Positions 18,559 to 28,340 of a stretch of DNA of 64,000 nucleotides are shown here, piece after piece. Each line of letters opens with the position of its first letter. The first letter of the stretch is position 1. A program made the translations under genes and the position numbers. Below the pieces are notes generated by a model. That model did not search any database. It saw only the letters and a program-made list of their open reading frames with translations, and had not been told where the DNA came from. The DNA comes from Geminicoccales bacterium (GTDB lineage Bacteria; Pseudomonadota; Alphaproteobacteria; Geminicoccales; Geminicoccaceae), in assembly GCA_050633905.1 (NCBI GenBank), contig JBOEHJ010000023.1, forward strand, positions 43,677 to 107,676. The letters are read 5' to 3'.

Positions 18559-18728
18559 TGATTTGGCCCGCGCCAAGTCACGTCCTGCATGTCGCCCATG
18601 CGGCGTGATCGATGCACCGATCTTTTTGACCGAACGAGTATAACGCCTATCGACAGATGCCACTTGCATTGTAACCTCAATAGTAACGGCCGGACGAACG
18701 GCTGGCCTGAATCTGGGGAGATCACGTC

Positions 18729-19922
18729 ATGGCATCCCTGATAGGACCGCATGGCGCCAATGCGCTAAAACCTCTTCTCGTCAGTGATGAGAAGAAGCGG
18801 CGTTATTTGAGCAGCGAATCATTGTCATTGCCATCGACTATCATGAGTTCGGCTGCAGCCGGCAACGCGGTCATGCTGGCGGGCGGCTATTTCACGCCCT
18901 TGACGGGGTTTATGAACAAAGCGGATGCCCTTCATATCGGGCGATCCATGACGACGACCAATGGGCTCTTCTGGCCAACCCCGGTTTTGAACCTGGTCAA
19001 GGATACGGGCTCGATATCGCCGGGCGACCATATCGCCCTCCGCGATCCCAATGTTGACGGAAACCCGGTCCTGGCTATCCAAACGGTGCAATCCATCGAT
19101 CGTTTCTCGCGAGCAGAGATCCAGGAACTTGCTGAAGCGGTCTATGGAACGTCGGATCGCGACCATCCCGGCGTTGCGGATTTTCTTTCCCAGGGTGATC
19201 TGGCGTTATCCGGGCCGGTTCAGGTGCTGAACTACAGCTATTTTGCTACCGATTTTCCTGAGACCTTTCGATCGGCAATCGATATTCGCCGTGACATTGA
19301 GGAAAAAGGCTGGACCCGCGTTGTTGCCTTTCAAACACGCAATCCCATGCACCGCGCCCATGAAGAACTCTGCCGCATGGCCATGGAGCGGATTGGTGCC
19401 GATGGTCTGGTCATTCATATGCTGCTGGGCAAGCTGAAGCCCGGCGACATACCAGCTTCAGTGCGCGACGCCGCCATCCGCAAGATGGTCGATCTTTATT
19501 TCCCACCCAACTCGGCCATGATCACAGGATACGGCTTTGACATGCTTTACGCCGGGCCGCGCGAAGCCCTGCTGCATGCCGTCTTTCGCCAGAATATGGG
19601 GGCTTCCCATTTCATCGTGGGGCGCGATCATGCAGGTGTTGGCGACTACTACGACCCTTTCGAGGCGCAGGAGATTTTTGATCAGGTTCCCAAGGACGCG
19701 CTCAAGATCAAGCTCTTCAAGGCTGATCACACCGCCTATTCCAAGAAGTTGGAGAAAGTCGTGATGATGCGCGAAGCGCCGGATCATACGCCTGATGATT
19801 TCGTGCTGCTCTCGGGAACGGCGGTGCGCGAAATGCTCGGCAAGGGCATCGCACCACCCGCTGAATTCTCTCGTCCTGAAGTCGCCGAAATCCTGATGGA
19901 CTATTATCGCGAGCAGTCATAG
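18729..19922 (+). CDS. sat: Sulfate adenylyltransferase (ATP sulfurylase), homo-oligomeric Sat type
   Basis: Has the PUA-like N-terminus, the AFQTRNPMHRAHEEL motif and HFIVGRDHAGVG. At 397 aa it is not the CysDN type. Confidence 0.9.
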   Translation: MASLIGPHGANALKPLLVSDEKKRRYLSSESLSLPSTIMSSAAAGNAVMLAGGYFTPLTGFMNKADALHIGRSMTTTNGLFWPTPVLNLVKDTGSISPGDHIALRDPNVDGNPVLAIQTVQSIDRFSRAEIQELAEAVYGTSDRDHPGVADFLSQGDLALSGPVQVLNYSYFATDFPETFRSAIDIRRDIEEKGWTRVVAFQTRNPMHRAHEELCRMAMERIGADGLVIHMLLGKLKPGDIPASVRDAAIRKMVDLYFPPNSAMITGYGFDMLYAGPREALLHAVFRQNMGASHFIVGRDHAGVGDYYDPFEAQEIFDQVPKDALKIKLFKADHTAYSKKLEKVVMMREAPDHTPDDFVLLSGTAVREMLGKGIAPPAEFSRPEVAEILMDYYREQS

Positions 19923-19951
19923 CGTCCGTTAGAACTTGAAAGAGGACGCGC

Positions 19952-20317
19952 CTAAAGATCCGTGTATTTCTTTGCCGTGCCACGGGCCTTCGCCACTGGA
20001 TATTTGATGTCATTGGCAGCAATCTTGTCAGCCGCCGCCGCTTGAAGGTCGATGCCTGTACGTTCTGCGATTAGGAGAAGGTAGAGAAAAACATCGGCAC
20101 ATTCTTCCGCCAGGCGCTGACGCATCGCCGTGCCCTTAGCCTCCTGTTCGAACGCCACTTCCGACTTCCATTGTGCAAGTTCAAGAAGCTCACCGGCTTC
20201 GAGGTTAAGCGATAGAATCAGGTCTTTCAGCGCGTGAAACTGACGCCAGTCGCGTGCATCGCGAAAGGCAAGGAGCCGCTCTGTAAGATCATCTAGGCTT
20301 GGCCGATGCTTGTGCAT
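19952..20317 (-). CDS. MazG-like nucleotide pyrophosphohydrolase (small all-alpha type)
   Basis: MHKHRPSLDDLTERLLAFRDARDWRQFHALKDLILSLNLEAGELLELAQWK...LAEECADVFLYLLLIAERTGIDL carries E-x-x-E-type MazG motifs. The ATG at 20317 is chosen. The longer 207-aa ORF would overlap the divergent gene. Confidence 0.75.
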   Translation of the reverse strand: MHKHRPSLDDLTERLLAFRDARDWRQFHALKDLILSLNLEAGELLELAQWKSEVAFEQEAKGTAMRQRLAEECADVFLYLLLIAERTGIDLQAAAADKIAANDIKYPVAKARGTAKKYTDL

Positions 20318-20434
20318 AAGGGTCCCATCTTCAACGCTACGCAGCGATCTGACGCACTGCATCGATACCACCTGCCCTGCTAATCTACCGCGATTGCAGG
20401 CTTGTCCATCATGACCTTGGAATAGAGCATCGCT

Positions 20435-21127
20435 ATGCGCATCATTCAACTCTCCGACAGTCATATCTCCATGACCAAGCCGGCAAGGATCGCTGAGCTC
20501 GAAGCCTTCGTTCGGCATATCAACGAGCTGAAGCGACAGCCTGATGCCGTCGTGCACACCGGCGACGTTGCCCATGATGGCCTGCAGAACGAATATGAAA
20601 CGGCAAAACAGGTGCTCGACAACCTCTCAGCACCCTATTTCGTCCTTGCCGGCAACCGCGATCATCGCGGCCACCTAACCAAGGTCTTCGACGACGGCGA
20701 TCATCTGCAATCCGGCATGGACTTTGTCCAATATGCCGTCGATCATCTGCCGGTCCGTCTCATCATGCTCGATACTGTCAGCCTGTCGAGCAACAAAGGA
20801 GGTTTTTGCCAACAGCGCCAAGAGCATCTAAGGCATCTCTTGGCCAAGGACACTTCTCGTCCGGCCGCCCTCTTCTCGCACCATCCTCCCTTCCCCGTCG
20901 CGGTCGGACCCGAGCCGAAGAACTTCGAGGACTGGCAGCAAGCGGAAAACCTTGTCGCCGAGATCGGCCGCCATGACAATATCGCCGGTCTGTTCTCAGG
21001 CCATGTTCACCGGTCCTTCGAGACCGAGATCGACGGGGTGTCGGCTAGCATGATTTCTTCTGTCGTTTCCGACCTCCGTTGGGATCAGCCCAAAAACATA
21101 CCCGTCTTTAGGACCATCGACATCTAG
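20435..21127 (+). CDS. Metallophosphoesterase (calcineurin-like, CpdA-type)
   Basis: MRIIQLSDSHI...VVHTGDVAHDG...LAGNRDH...SHHPP...GHVHR is the canonical D-x-H / GD / GNHD-like / GH-x-H motif series. Confidence 0.85.
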   Translation: MRIIQLSDSHISMTKPARIAELEAFVRHINELKRQPDAVVHTGDVAHDGLQNEYETAKQVLDNLSAPYFVLAGNRDHRGHLTKVFDDGDHLQSGMDFVQYAVDHLPVRLIMLDTVSLSSNKGGFCQQRQEHLRHLLAKDTSRPAALFSHHPPFPVAVGPEPKNFEDWQQAENLVAEIGRHDNIAGLFSGHVHRSFETEIDGVSASMISSVVSDLRWDQPKNIPVFRTIDI

Positions 21128-21458
21128 TCGATTGTCCACGCCACCAACTTGCCTGTACAACGCCATGTCGTCGGCTCGCACCAGTCGATAATGCAGATTC
21201 GTTAAGGAATCTTTTACGGCCACTTTAGCGTCCACCAGCCTGCTAAAAGGCCGTTTCAATCGTTTTCTCAAGCGTTACGGGGTCTTTCGATCAAAGTTTG
21301 CCTTTAAGAAATGCCGCCTCCTATCTCATGATGTCTTCCATCTATGGCCTTGCGAGTTGACCTTTAGGTCAGTGAAAGGTAGTTGAATTAAAAGCGCTCA
21401 AATCCATTTCCGCTAAGGAGAATGGAACAAGCGCAATGTTTTGAGGGGGCTTTTCTTG

Positions 21459-22223
21459 ATGTTCAGCAGCAATCCCTTTGCCGAATTGTCGGTGTCCGTT
21501 TCACCGTCGATCATGAAGACCTATGTCCTGGTCATGATCCTTCTGGTCATCGGCGGAACGCTATTCGATATTTGGCACAAAAAAAGCGCCCTATACTTTT
21601 TCGACAACTGGCGAAAGACGAAGGACAAGGGGGAAAAAGACCACGGCGGTGTTGCTGGGCTGGCTCTTCAGACTGCAGCGTCTGAAGTTCTAACCTCTTC
21701 TGAATTTTGTAACCCCAAGCGTCGCATCGCCCATCTGCTGACGATGTACGGTTTCATCGCCTATGCGTTTTCAACCTTCGTGATGGTGTTTTGGTACTCA
21801 GCAGCACCGGGCACGGCCACCCCGTTCCTATGGCCAATGCTCTGGTTCCTCGGTGCCCTTTCGGTCTGTGTTGGCGGCTATTGGTTCTGGTTCGTCATTC
21901 GAGCCGATGTATCGGCTGAGGGACAGTCTCCGTTCCGGCTGATGCGCGCTGACCTGTTCATCGTCTCGCTTCTGGCAAGCGTCACGCTTGGCCTGCTCTG
22001 GGCCATCTCACAATCAACGTTTTTCCTAGCACTCTATCTGATGGCGACCACCTTGCTGTTCGGATCCGTGCCCTGGTCCAAATTCTCGCATATGTTTTTC
22101 AAGCCGGCAGCCGCTTTGCAAAAACGCGTGGCCAATGCAAATGGCTCGCGCAACAACCTGCCGCCGCCAGCCGACAAGCCAGAAGTCTTCGGCAGCGCCC
22201 GCCGGCAGCCCAGCCATTACTAG
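21459..22223 (+). CDS. aprM: AprM-like membrane anchor of APS reductase (multi-TM, HdrE/QmoC-membrane-domain-like)
   Basis: About 5 predicted TM helices (YVLVMILLVIGGTLF, IAHLLTMYGFIAYAFSTFVMVFW, PMLWFLGALSVCVGGYWFWFVI, LFIVSLLASVTLGLLWAI, FFLALYLMATTLLFG) followed by SVPWSKFSHMFFKP. It sits directly upstream of aprBA. The ATG at 21459 is preceded by GAGGGGG. Confidence 0.65.
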   Translation: MFSSNPFAELSVSVSPSIMKTYVLVMILLVIGGTLFDIWHKKSALYFFDNWRKTKDKGEKDHGGVAGLALQTAASEVLTSSEFCNPKRRIAHLLTMYGFIAYAFSTFVMVFWYSAAPGTATPFLWPMLWFLGALSVCVGGYWFWFVIRADVSAEGQSPFRLMRADLFIVSLLASVTLGLLWAISQSTFFLALYLMATTLLFGSVPWSKFSHMFFKPAAALQKRVANANGSRNNLPPPADKPEVFGSARRQPSHY

Positions 22224-22307
22224 TGGCATGGCCACATCATGTCGTTGCCACCGCAATGGCCGAGATTGATGGTATGCGGCCAAGTTTTCGACGTTCGTCA
22301 TGGTTCA
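22221..22307 (+). repeat. REP/RIME-like palindromic intergenic element, copy R2 (between aprM and aprB)
   Basis: TAGTGGCATGGCCACATCATGTCG...GATTGATGGTATGCGGCCAAGTTTTCGACGTTCGTCATGGTTCAC starts on the aprM stop codon. Confidence 0.8.
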
Positions 22308-22375
22308 CTTTGCTGAAGACACGCTACGAGCAGACTATGAAAAAAAGTTTGCGATCAAGGGGGTAATGAAAGCTC

Positions 22376-22840
22376 ATGCCAACATTCGTTTATATGACCA
22401 GCTGTGATGGCTGTGGACACTGTGTTGATATCTGTCCCTCCGATATCATGCATATCGACCCCACCTATCGGCGTGCCTACAATATCGAGCCGAATTTTTG
22501 CTGGGAATGCTATTCCTGCGTGAAGGCCTGTCCGCAAAACGCCATTGACGTGCGCGGCTATGCTGACTTTGCCCCGATGGGCCATAGCGTTCGGGTTCTG
22601 CGGGAGGAAGGCAAGGGCACCATCTCCTGGCGGCTTAAATTCCGTGACGGTAGAGAGAAAAACTTTGTTTCCCCAATCCGCACAACACCTTGGGGATCGA
22701 TTAAATCACCAGCCGACTACGATGCGCCCAAGCCAGAAGATCTTAAATCCCAGGAACTCGCGCATGAACCCGATGCACTCAACGTCGAGGGCGGATTACC
22801 CGCATTGGCTCCGGATCAGCTAAAGCAGGGAGTGGTCTAG
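22376..22840 (+). CDS. aprB: Adenylylsulfate (APS) reductase beta subunit
   Basis: MPTFVYMTSCDGCGHCVDICPSDIMHID...NFCWECYSCVKACPQNAI gives two ferredoxin-type clusters. The AprB-specific C-terminal tail is ISWRLKFRDGREKNFVSPIRTTPWGS. Confidence 0.9.
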   Translation: MPTFVYMTSCDGCGHCVDICPSDIMHIDPTYRRAYNIEPNFCWECYSCVKACPQNAIDVRGYADFAPMGHSVRVLREEGKGTISWRLKFRDGREKNFVSPIRTTPWGSIKSPADYDAPKPEDLKSQELAHEPDALNVEGGLPALAPDQLKQGVV

Positions 22841-24684
22841 TGAGTCTCTTCTCGCGCAGAAAAACGGTTCATGTGGATAGTGACATTCTCGTCATCGGCG
22901 GCGGCATGGCCGGCTGTGGCGCCACCTACGAGTCTCGATATTGGGGGCGTGACCTGAAGGTCGTCTGCGTCGAGAAGGCTAACATCGAGCGCAGCGGCGC
23001 TGTCGCCCAAGGTCTGTATGCGATCAATTGCTATATGGGCATGCAATGGGACGAAAATCAGCCGGAAGACCATGTCCGCTACGCCCGAAATGATCTGATG
23101 GGCCTGGTGCGCGAAGACCTCGGCTACGACATCGCACGGCATGTCGACAGCACGGTGCACAAATTCGAGGAGTGGGGTCTTCCGATCATGAAAGACCCGG
23201 AGACCGGGCGCTATTTGCGTGAGGGCAAATGGCAAATCATGATCCATGGCGAGAGTTATAAGCCGATTGTCGCCGAGGCCGCACGCAAGGCTGCGACCGA
23301 AATCTACAATCGAATCATGGTGACCCATCTCCTCAAGGACAAAAAGAATCCCAACCGGGTCGCGGGTGCCGTTGGCTTCAATGTCCGTACCGGTGATTTT
23401 TACGTGTTCCGCGCCAAGGCTGTAATCGTGGCCGCAGGCGGTGCTTCCCATATCTTCAAGCCCCGCGCCGTGGGCGAAGGAATGGGACGGACTTGGTACG
23501 CTCCATGGAGTAGTGCTTCGGCCTACGCCTTGCCGATCCAGGCCGGTGCAAAGATGACCCAGATGGAAAACCGCATCGTTCTGACCCGGTTCAAGGATGG
23601 CTACGGCCCGGTCGGCGCCTACTTCCTCCATCTCAAAACCTATACGCAAAATGCCTATGGCAACGAGTACGAGTCGAATTGGTACGATCAAACAAAGGAA
23701 TTGGTCGGCGACTATATCGACCGGCACCCAGTCCCGACTTGTCTGCGCAACCATGCCATTCTGGAAGAGGTCAAGGCCGGACGCGGCCCCATCCGCATGG
23801 TGACAACGGAAGCCTTCCAGGACCCCCATAAAGAGACAGTGGGTTGGGAAAACTTCCTCGGCATGACGATCGGCCAGGCGGTGGTATGGGCATCCCAGAA
23901 CATAGATCCCAAACATACCAACCCCGAACTCACCACCTCTGAGCCCTATGTCATGGGCTCCCATGCCACCTGTTCTGGCGCCTGGGCAAGTGGTCCGGAA
24001 GACTATGCACCCGATGAGTATCAATGGGGCTACAACCGGATGATGACGGTAGACGGCCTGTTCGGTGCCGGCGATACCATCGGCGGCACGGCGCATAAAT
24101 TCTCATCAGGCTCCTTCACCGAAGGCCGGATCGCCGCTAAAGCTGCCGTCAATTACGTCAACGATCTGAAGAACGAACTGCCCGAAGTCGATGAGAACGA
24201 ATATAGGACGCTCGAGCAGGTCGTCTTTCAGCCTATGGAGACTTTTGACGTCGGCAAGAATGAGATTGTTGCCGGCACTGTGTCGCCGAGCTATCTCCTG
24301 CCGCTGCACGGTCTTCAGCGTCTTGAGAAGATCATGGACGAGTATGTCGGCGGCATCAGCTCGCACTACACGACCAACACGCCCATGCTGACCAGAGGGC
24401 TCGAACTCCTTGGGATGTTGAAAGAGGACCTCGACTATCTTGGTGCGGAAGACCTGCATCAGCTGCAGCGCGCCTGGGAATTACAACATCGGGTTCTGGC
24501 CTCGGAAAGTGTCACCCACCACACCATGTTCCGCGAAGAGACGCGCTGGCCTGGCTACTACTACAGAGCTGATCATCCGAAGCTCGACGACCAGGATTGG
24601 CACTGTTTCACCCTGTCTCGCTACCATGCGGAAACCGGTGAATGGGAGATGGAGAAGGCACCCGTCTACCACATCATCGACTGA
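22840..24684 (+). CDS. aprA: Adenylylsulfate (APS) reductase alpha subunit (FAD flavoprotein)
   Basis: DILVIGGGMAGCGATYESRYWG...VEKANIERSGAVAQGLYAINCYMG...YARNDLMGLVREDL...HKFEEWGLPI matches AprA. The GTG start overlaps the aprB stop (TAGTG). The 419-aa antisense ORF 22837..24096 is rejected. Confidence 0.9.
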   Translation: MSLFSRRKTVHVDSDILVIGGGMAGCGATYESRYWGRDLKVVCVEKANIERSGAVAQGLYAINCYMGMQWDENQPEDHVRYARNDLMGLVREDLGYDIARHVDSTVHKFEEWGLPIMKDPETGRYLREGKWQIMIHGESYKPIVAEAARKAATEIYNRIMVTHLLKDKKNPNRVAGAVGFNVRTGDFYVFRAKAVIVAAGGASHIFKPRAVGEGMGRTWYAPWSSASAYALPIQAGAKMTQMENRIVLTRFKDGYGPVGAYFLHLKTYTQNAYGNEYESNWYDQTKELVGDYIDRHPVPTCLRNHAILEEVKAGRGPIRMVTTEAFQDPHKETVGWENFLGMTIGQAVVWASQNIDPKHTNPELTTSEPYVMGSHATCSGAWASGPEDYAPDEYQWGYNRMMTVDGLFGAGDTIGGTAHKFSSGSFTEGRIAAKAAVNYVNDLKNELPEVDENEYRTLEQVVFQPMETFDVGKNEIVAGTVSPSYLLPLHGLQRLEKIMDEYVGGISSHYTTNTPMLTRGLELLGMLKEDLDYLGAEDLHQLQRAWELQHRVLASESVTHHTMFREETRWPGYYYRADHPKLDDQDWHCFTLSRYHAETGEWEMEKAPVYHIID

Positions 24685-24767
24685 TCTCCCCCCTCTCTTT
24701 TAGGCGATCGATCTCTCGTCGGCTGAGACGCTTTTGACTGCCCAAGGAAAAGGCATCAGCGGTTCAA

Positions 24768-24825
24768 CCCGCTCCCTTCCCCACCCCAAGATTATCCTCG
24801 CGGCGGGTGGTAGGACGGGGAGCGG
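24768..24825 (+). terminator. Long imperfect stem-loop downstream of aprA
   Basis: CCCGCTCCCTTCCCCACCCC (24768-24787) pairs imperfectly with GGGTGGTAGGACGGGGAGCGG (24805-24825). There is no clear U-tract, so it is not a canonical intrinsic terminator. Confidence 0.35.
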
Positions 24826-25196
24826 TCCGACTCTCTCGTCACAAAGTAAGGCAATGCAGAGATCCTCTAAGGTCCACGTCCGCCGACTGTAACAAGAACC
24901 CCGTCTCATCGTCCACGAGGCCAATATTCTGCCCTCACCTCTTCACTCCTTAGCGATTTGTTAAGTAAATCCGGCTAAGGATGTAAATTCTGACGCCTGA
25001 GTAAGACTTCGCTGTTTTTTTAAGTTTTCTGATCAACATCGAATGCTCAAATATCACATACAATAAAAGAATAACTTTTACTAATTACAAATTTCATACT
25101 AAATCAAAACACAAACCATTCAGATGCTATTTTAAGACAATATGAATCATTGATTACTATCCAATAGTTTTGAATGGCGATTTGAGGTGAGAAATA

Positions 25197-28157
25197 ATGC
25201 GGATTGCGCAGAAGATTGCTGCTAGTTTCGCTGGTGTCCTTGCTCTTTCAGCGGTTGTTGGCGCCATTGGATGGTACAGCCTGGATGGCTACTCCGAAGG
25301 CGTGGCCAAAGCCCGGCATCTGGCCAATTTGGAATCGGAACTTCAGCGGACCCAGCTCGAAATTGCTCAGTTTCAGCGTGATGGCAAGCGTGAGAAATTA
25401 CTTGCCGCCGAAGAGCTCATCAAAACACTGATTGACCAATCGACCAATGCCCAGCAATTAGATTCCGCCTCAATTTCCGAAGTGGCCGGTAATCTTCGTT
25501 CATTTAAGATAGCGCTCAGTGACTACGGCAAACTCTATCTTGAGAATGCCCGACGATGGGGCGAGATGACCAATGTAACGAATGATATCGAAGAAGCTGT
25601 TGGCGTGATCCATCGACATCATAGCGACCGCTATGACGAATCAATTCAAGCTATGGAAAGTGCGGAGAGCAGGTTTCAGCATGTCGAGAAGCTGAGCATT
25701 TCCGCACAATCATTGATTGAAGCTGTGCTGCGCGCTCGTCAGGCCGAGACTGAATATCAATTGACGCGCGATGAAGCTGCTAAATCTGCTGCTCAATCGT
25801 CCATGAAGGAGATTTATCTTTCAGTCCTTACCATGTCGAAGGCGACCAAGGGGACCAGCGACGAGACATCGGTCAAAAAGGTATCAAAAGCTGTTATTGA
25901 ATATCGAAAGGCATTTAAAAAGTTCATCGAAGCGATTGAAGAGCGAAGCGGCATTGTCGAAGCAAGGAAGGGCCTCGGCCAGATCTCGCGGCGCATAAGC
26001 ACCTTTACCGCCGCTATCCAGAAAAGGCAGCGTGATATTTATCACGATCTCAAGGTGGCGACCGGCGGTGCGAGGGAACATGTCTCGGAGGCCGTTTCAT
26101 CAAGAAGCAATGCGCTCTACGCGGTCAATCTCCTGTCCGAGCTCAGGCTGGCACAGAGCGAATTCGTGCAGCGAGGCGAGACGGCAACCGGGGAAAAGAT
26201 CGGCTCCATCGTCGATAGTTTCGAAGAAACATTAAGTCACATATCTATTGCGGATACAGCTGGCTCGGCATCCATCAACCTAATTTTGGAAGATGTCGCC
26301 ACTTATCGCTCAAAATATGCAGCAGCGCTGCGATCGACCGTTAAGCAGCAGCAATCGCTCCAAGGAATGCGGAATATTGAGACCCAGGTCCTCGCCATTG
26401 CAAAGGAGCAGGCCCAGACAGCAGCAGCCGACATGTCGGATCTGCATCAATTTGGTCGCCAGGCAATGTTGTTCTTTACCCTCGTTGCGATCACAACGGG
26501 CGCCATTGTTTCACTGGCGACGGGGCGCAGTATCGCTCGTCCTCTTGGCAAACTGACATCCTGCATCTCTCGACTGGCTAGAGGTGAAGCGCATATCGAG
26601 ATACCAGGTACCAGCCGCCGTGACGAAATCGGAAGGATGGCCCGCTCCATGGGGATTATCCGCGAAACCGGCGCCACCGCACTACACGCCCAAAAGACCC
26701 TCGACAATACTGCAGGCTGCTTGATGATGGTCGACGAAGATGGCCGCGTGGCCCTTGTAAACCCAGCCCTTCAACGTTTGGCCAGGGATGTAGCACCCCA
26801 TGTCGTTGCTGAGATGCCGGGTTTTGCCGCTTCTGCTCTCGAAGGACAGTCCTTCGAGCAGTTTCATCGAGATGATCAACTGAGTATCGGCAAGCTCCGG
26901 CAATTGTCCGGTAGCATTCGTCGTCAACTCGAAGCGGGTGGCCGGACATTCGAAATCGAACTCAATCCGATCCAAAATGAAAAGGGGCATTGGATTGGTA
27001 CCGTCATCGAATGGTGGGACCGCACCGTCAGGATAGAACTCGAGTCAGAGATCGATCGAGTCGTCGCCGCAGCGGCAGCCGGCGACTTCACGCAGCGCAT
27101 TCAGCTTGACGGCAAAGAAGGTTTCATCGGGAAGCTCGCCGAGAGCGTCAATCAGCTCTCAACGGTGGTCGATCAAGCGACCATCGATTTGGAGACAATG
27201 CTCGAGACAATGGCACAAGGCAATCTCACCAAGCGTATGACAACGACGTATCAAGGGAGATTTGCCAGTCTCAAAGATAATGCTAACCATATGGCCGAGC
27301 AATTGGCAGTCATCGTTTCTGACGTCCAGGCGACCACCTATGAGGTCGAGAGTGCCGTCAACGAGATCAGCAGTGGGACGCAAGACCTTGCTCAGCGTAC
27401 AGAACAAGCGGCAGCCAATCTTGAAGAGACAGCCAACGCCTCTGAGGAATTGTCGACCACCGTCAAGCAGAATGCCAAAAACGCAAAAAATGCTGATCAG
27501 CTCGCCGTTTCAACCGATCAAGTCGCAAGTCGTGCTGGCCAGACGGTCACCCGAGCCGTCAGCGCCATGGGAGAGATCGAGAGTTCGGCGCAGCAGATTA
27601 CGGATATTATCGGGGTCATCGATGAGATCGCCTTCCAGACCAATCTGCTAGCACTCAACGCCAGTGTCGAAGCTGCGCGTGCCGGCGAAGCTGGTAAAGG
27701 CTTTGCCGTGGTGGCTCAAGAAGTCCGCCAACTTGCTCAAAGATCTGCCCAAGCAGCTGCCGATATCACATCACTGATCCAGAGAAGTAATGATCAAGTG
27801 ACGGCTGGCGTGACGCTCGTCAACGAAACGGGTCAGGCCCTATCCGAGATCCTGACATCGATTGGACAAGTCACATCATTGGTTCAAGAGATCTCGAACG
27901 CGTCGCAAGAGCAGGCGGCTGGCGTTCAGGAAATCAACAATGCCATCAACAGTATGGATCAGATGACCCAACAGAATTCTGCATTGGTCGAAGAGAGCGC
28001 CGCGTCATCAAAAATCCTCGACGATCAAACAAAAAAGCTGGTCGAGTTCATGGCATTCTTCAAGCTCGACAACCAGCCGGCGGGTGCTGCTGGAGGCGTA
28101 CAACCGCCGCAGCTGAGCTCTAAATCACGATCCCAGAGTTTAGTGGCTGCAAAATAG
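25197..28157 (+). CDS. Methyl-accepting chemotaxis protein, 986 aa: TM1, roughly 400-aa helical periplasmic region, TM2, HAMP, PAS, further HAMP-like repeats, MCP signalling domain
   Basis: The conserved hairpin tip is [47 protein letters not shown]. The TM segments are [21 protein letters not shown] and [25 protein letters not shown]-like segment is [20 protein letters not shown]...[26 protein letters not shown]. Confidence 0.9.
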   Translation: MRIAQKIAASFAGVLALSAVVGAIGWYSLDGYSEGVAKARHLANLESELQRTQLEIAQFQRDGKREKLLAAEELIKTLIDQSTNAQQLDSASISEVAGNLRSFKIALSDYGKLYLENARRWGEMTNVTNDIEEAVGVIHRHHSDRYDESIQAMESAESRFQHVEKLSISAQSLIEAVLRARQAETEYQLTRDEAAKSAAQSSMKEIYLSVLTMSKATKGTSDETSVKKVSKAVIEYRKAFKKFIEAIEERSGIVEARKGLGQISRRISTFTAAIQKRQRDIYHDLKVATGGAREHVSEAVSSRSNALYAVNLLSELRLAQSEFVQRGETATGEKIGSIVDSFEETLSHISIADTAGSASINLILEDVATYRSKYAAALRSTVKQQQSLQGMRNIETQVLAIAKEQAQTAAADMSDLHQFGRQAMLFFTLVAITTGAIVSLATGRSIARPLGKLTSCISRLARGEAHIEIPGTSRRDEIGRMARSMGIIRETGATALHAQKTLDNTAGCLMMVDEDGRVALVNPALQRLARDVAPHVVAEMPGFAASALEGQSFEQFHRDDQLSIGKLRQLSGSIRRQLEAGGRTFEIELNPIQNEKGHWIGTVIEWWDRTVRIELESEIDRVVAAAAAGDFTQRIQLDGKEGFIGKLAESVNQLSTVVDQATIDLETMLETMAQGNLTKRMTTTYQGRFASLKDNANHMAEQLAVIVSDVQATTYEVESAVNEISSGTQDLAQRTEQAAANLEETANASEELSTTVKQNAKNAKNADQLAVSTDQVASRAGQTVTRAVSAMGEIESSAQQITDIIGVIDEIAFQTNLLALNASVEAARAGEAGKGFAVVAQEVRQLAQRSAQAAADITSLIQRSNDQVTAGVTLVNETGQALSEILTSIGQVTSLVQEISNASQEQAAGVQEINNAINSMDQMTQQNSALVEESAASSKILDDQTKKLVEFMAFFKLDNQPAGAAGGVQPPQLSSKSRSQSLVAAK

Positions 28158-28340
28158 AATACCCGTTGACTATCCGTATAAGCCAACACAAAAACTTCAG
28201 ATAATCCAATGAAACTATTTTGCTATTTATGATTTATTGATGTCGGCTATTTTTAACTATTTCTTGTTTTCTATTCATTAGAATTTCACAAACCGCCCGT
28301 GGTTTTCAAAAAGCAACGCACATAAGATGGACTTGAACAA

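Noticed and set aside
22837-24096. A 419-aa ORF antisense to aprA. Similar long antisense ORFs occur at 5208..6059, 10826..11527, 13392..14186, 14977..15633, 15820..16515, 40558..41196, 52578..53318, 56937..57608 and 61630..62466.
   Set aside because: Each lies opposite a gene with strong family-level motifs. Their products are rich in R, G, A, H and low-complexity runs with no recognisable domains, which is the typical stop-poor antisense frame of GC-rich DNA.
24740-24795. A tRNA-like fragment (AGCGG TTCAAC CCGCT followed by CCCTTCCCCACC) downstream of aprA, which could be an island att site.
   Set aside because: The T-loop would be 6 nt rather than 7. There is no matching acceptor 5' strand, D arm or anticodon arm upstream. 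The sequence is better explained as one arm of the imperfect hairpin at 24768-24825.
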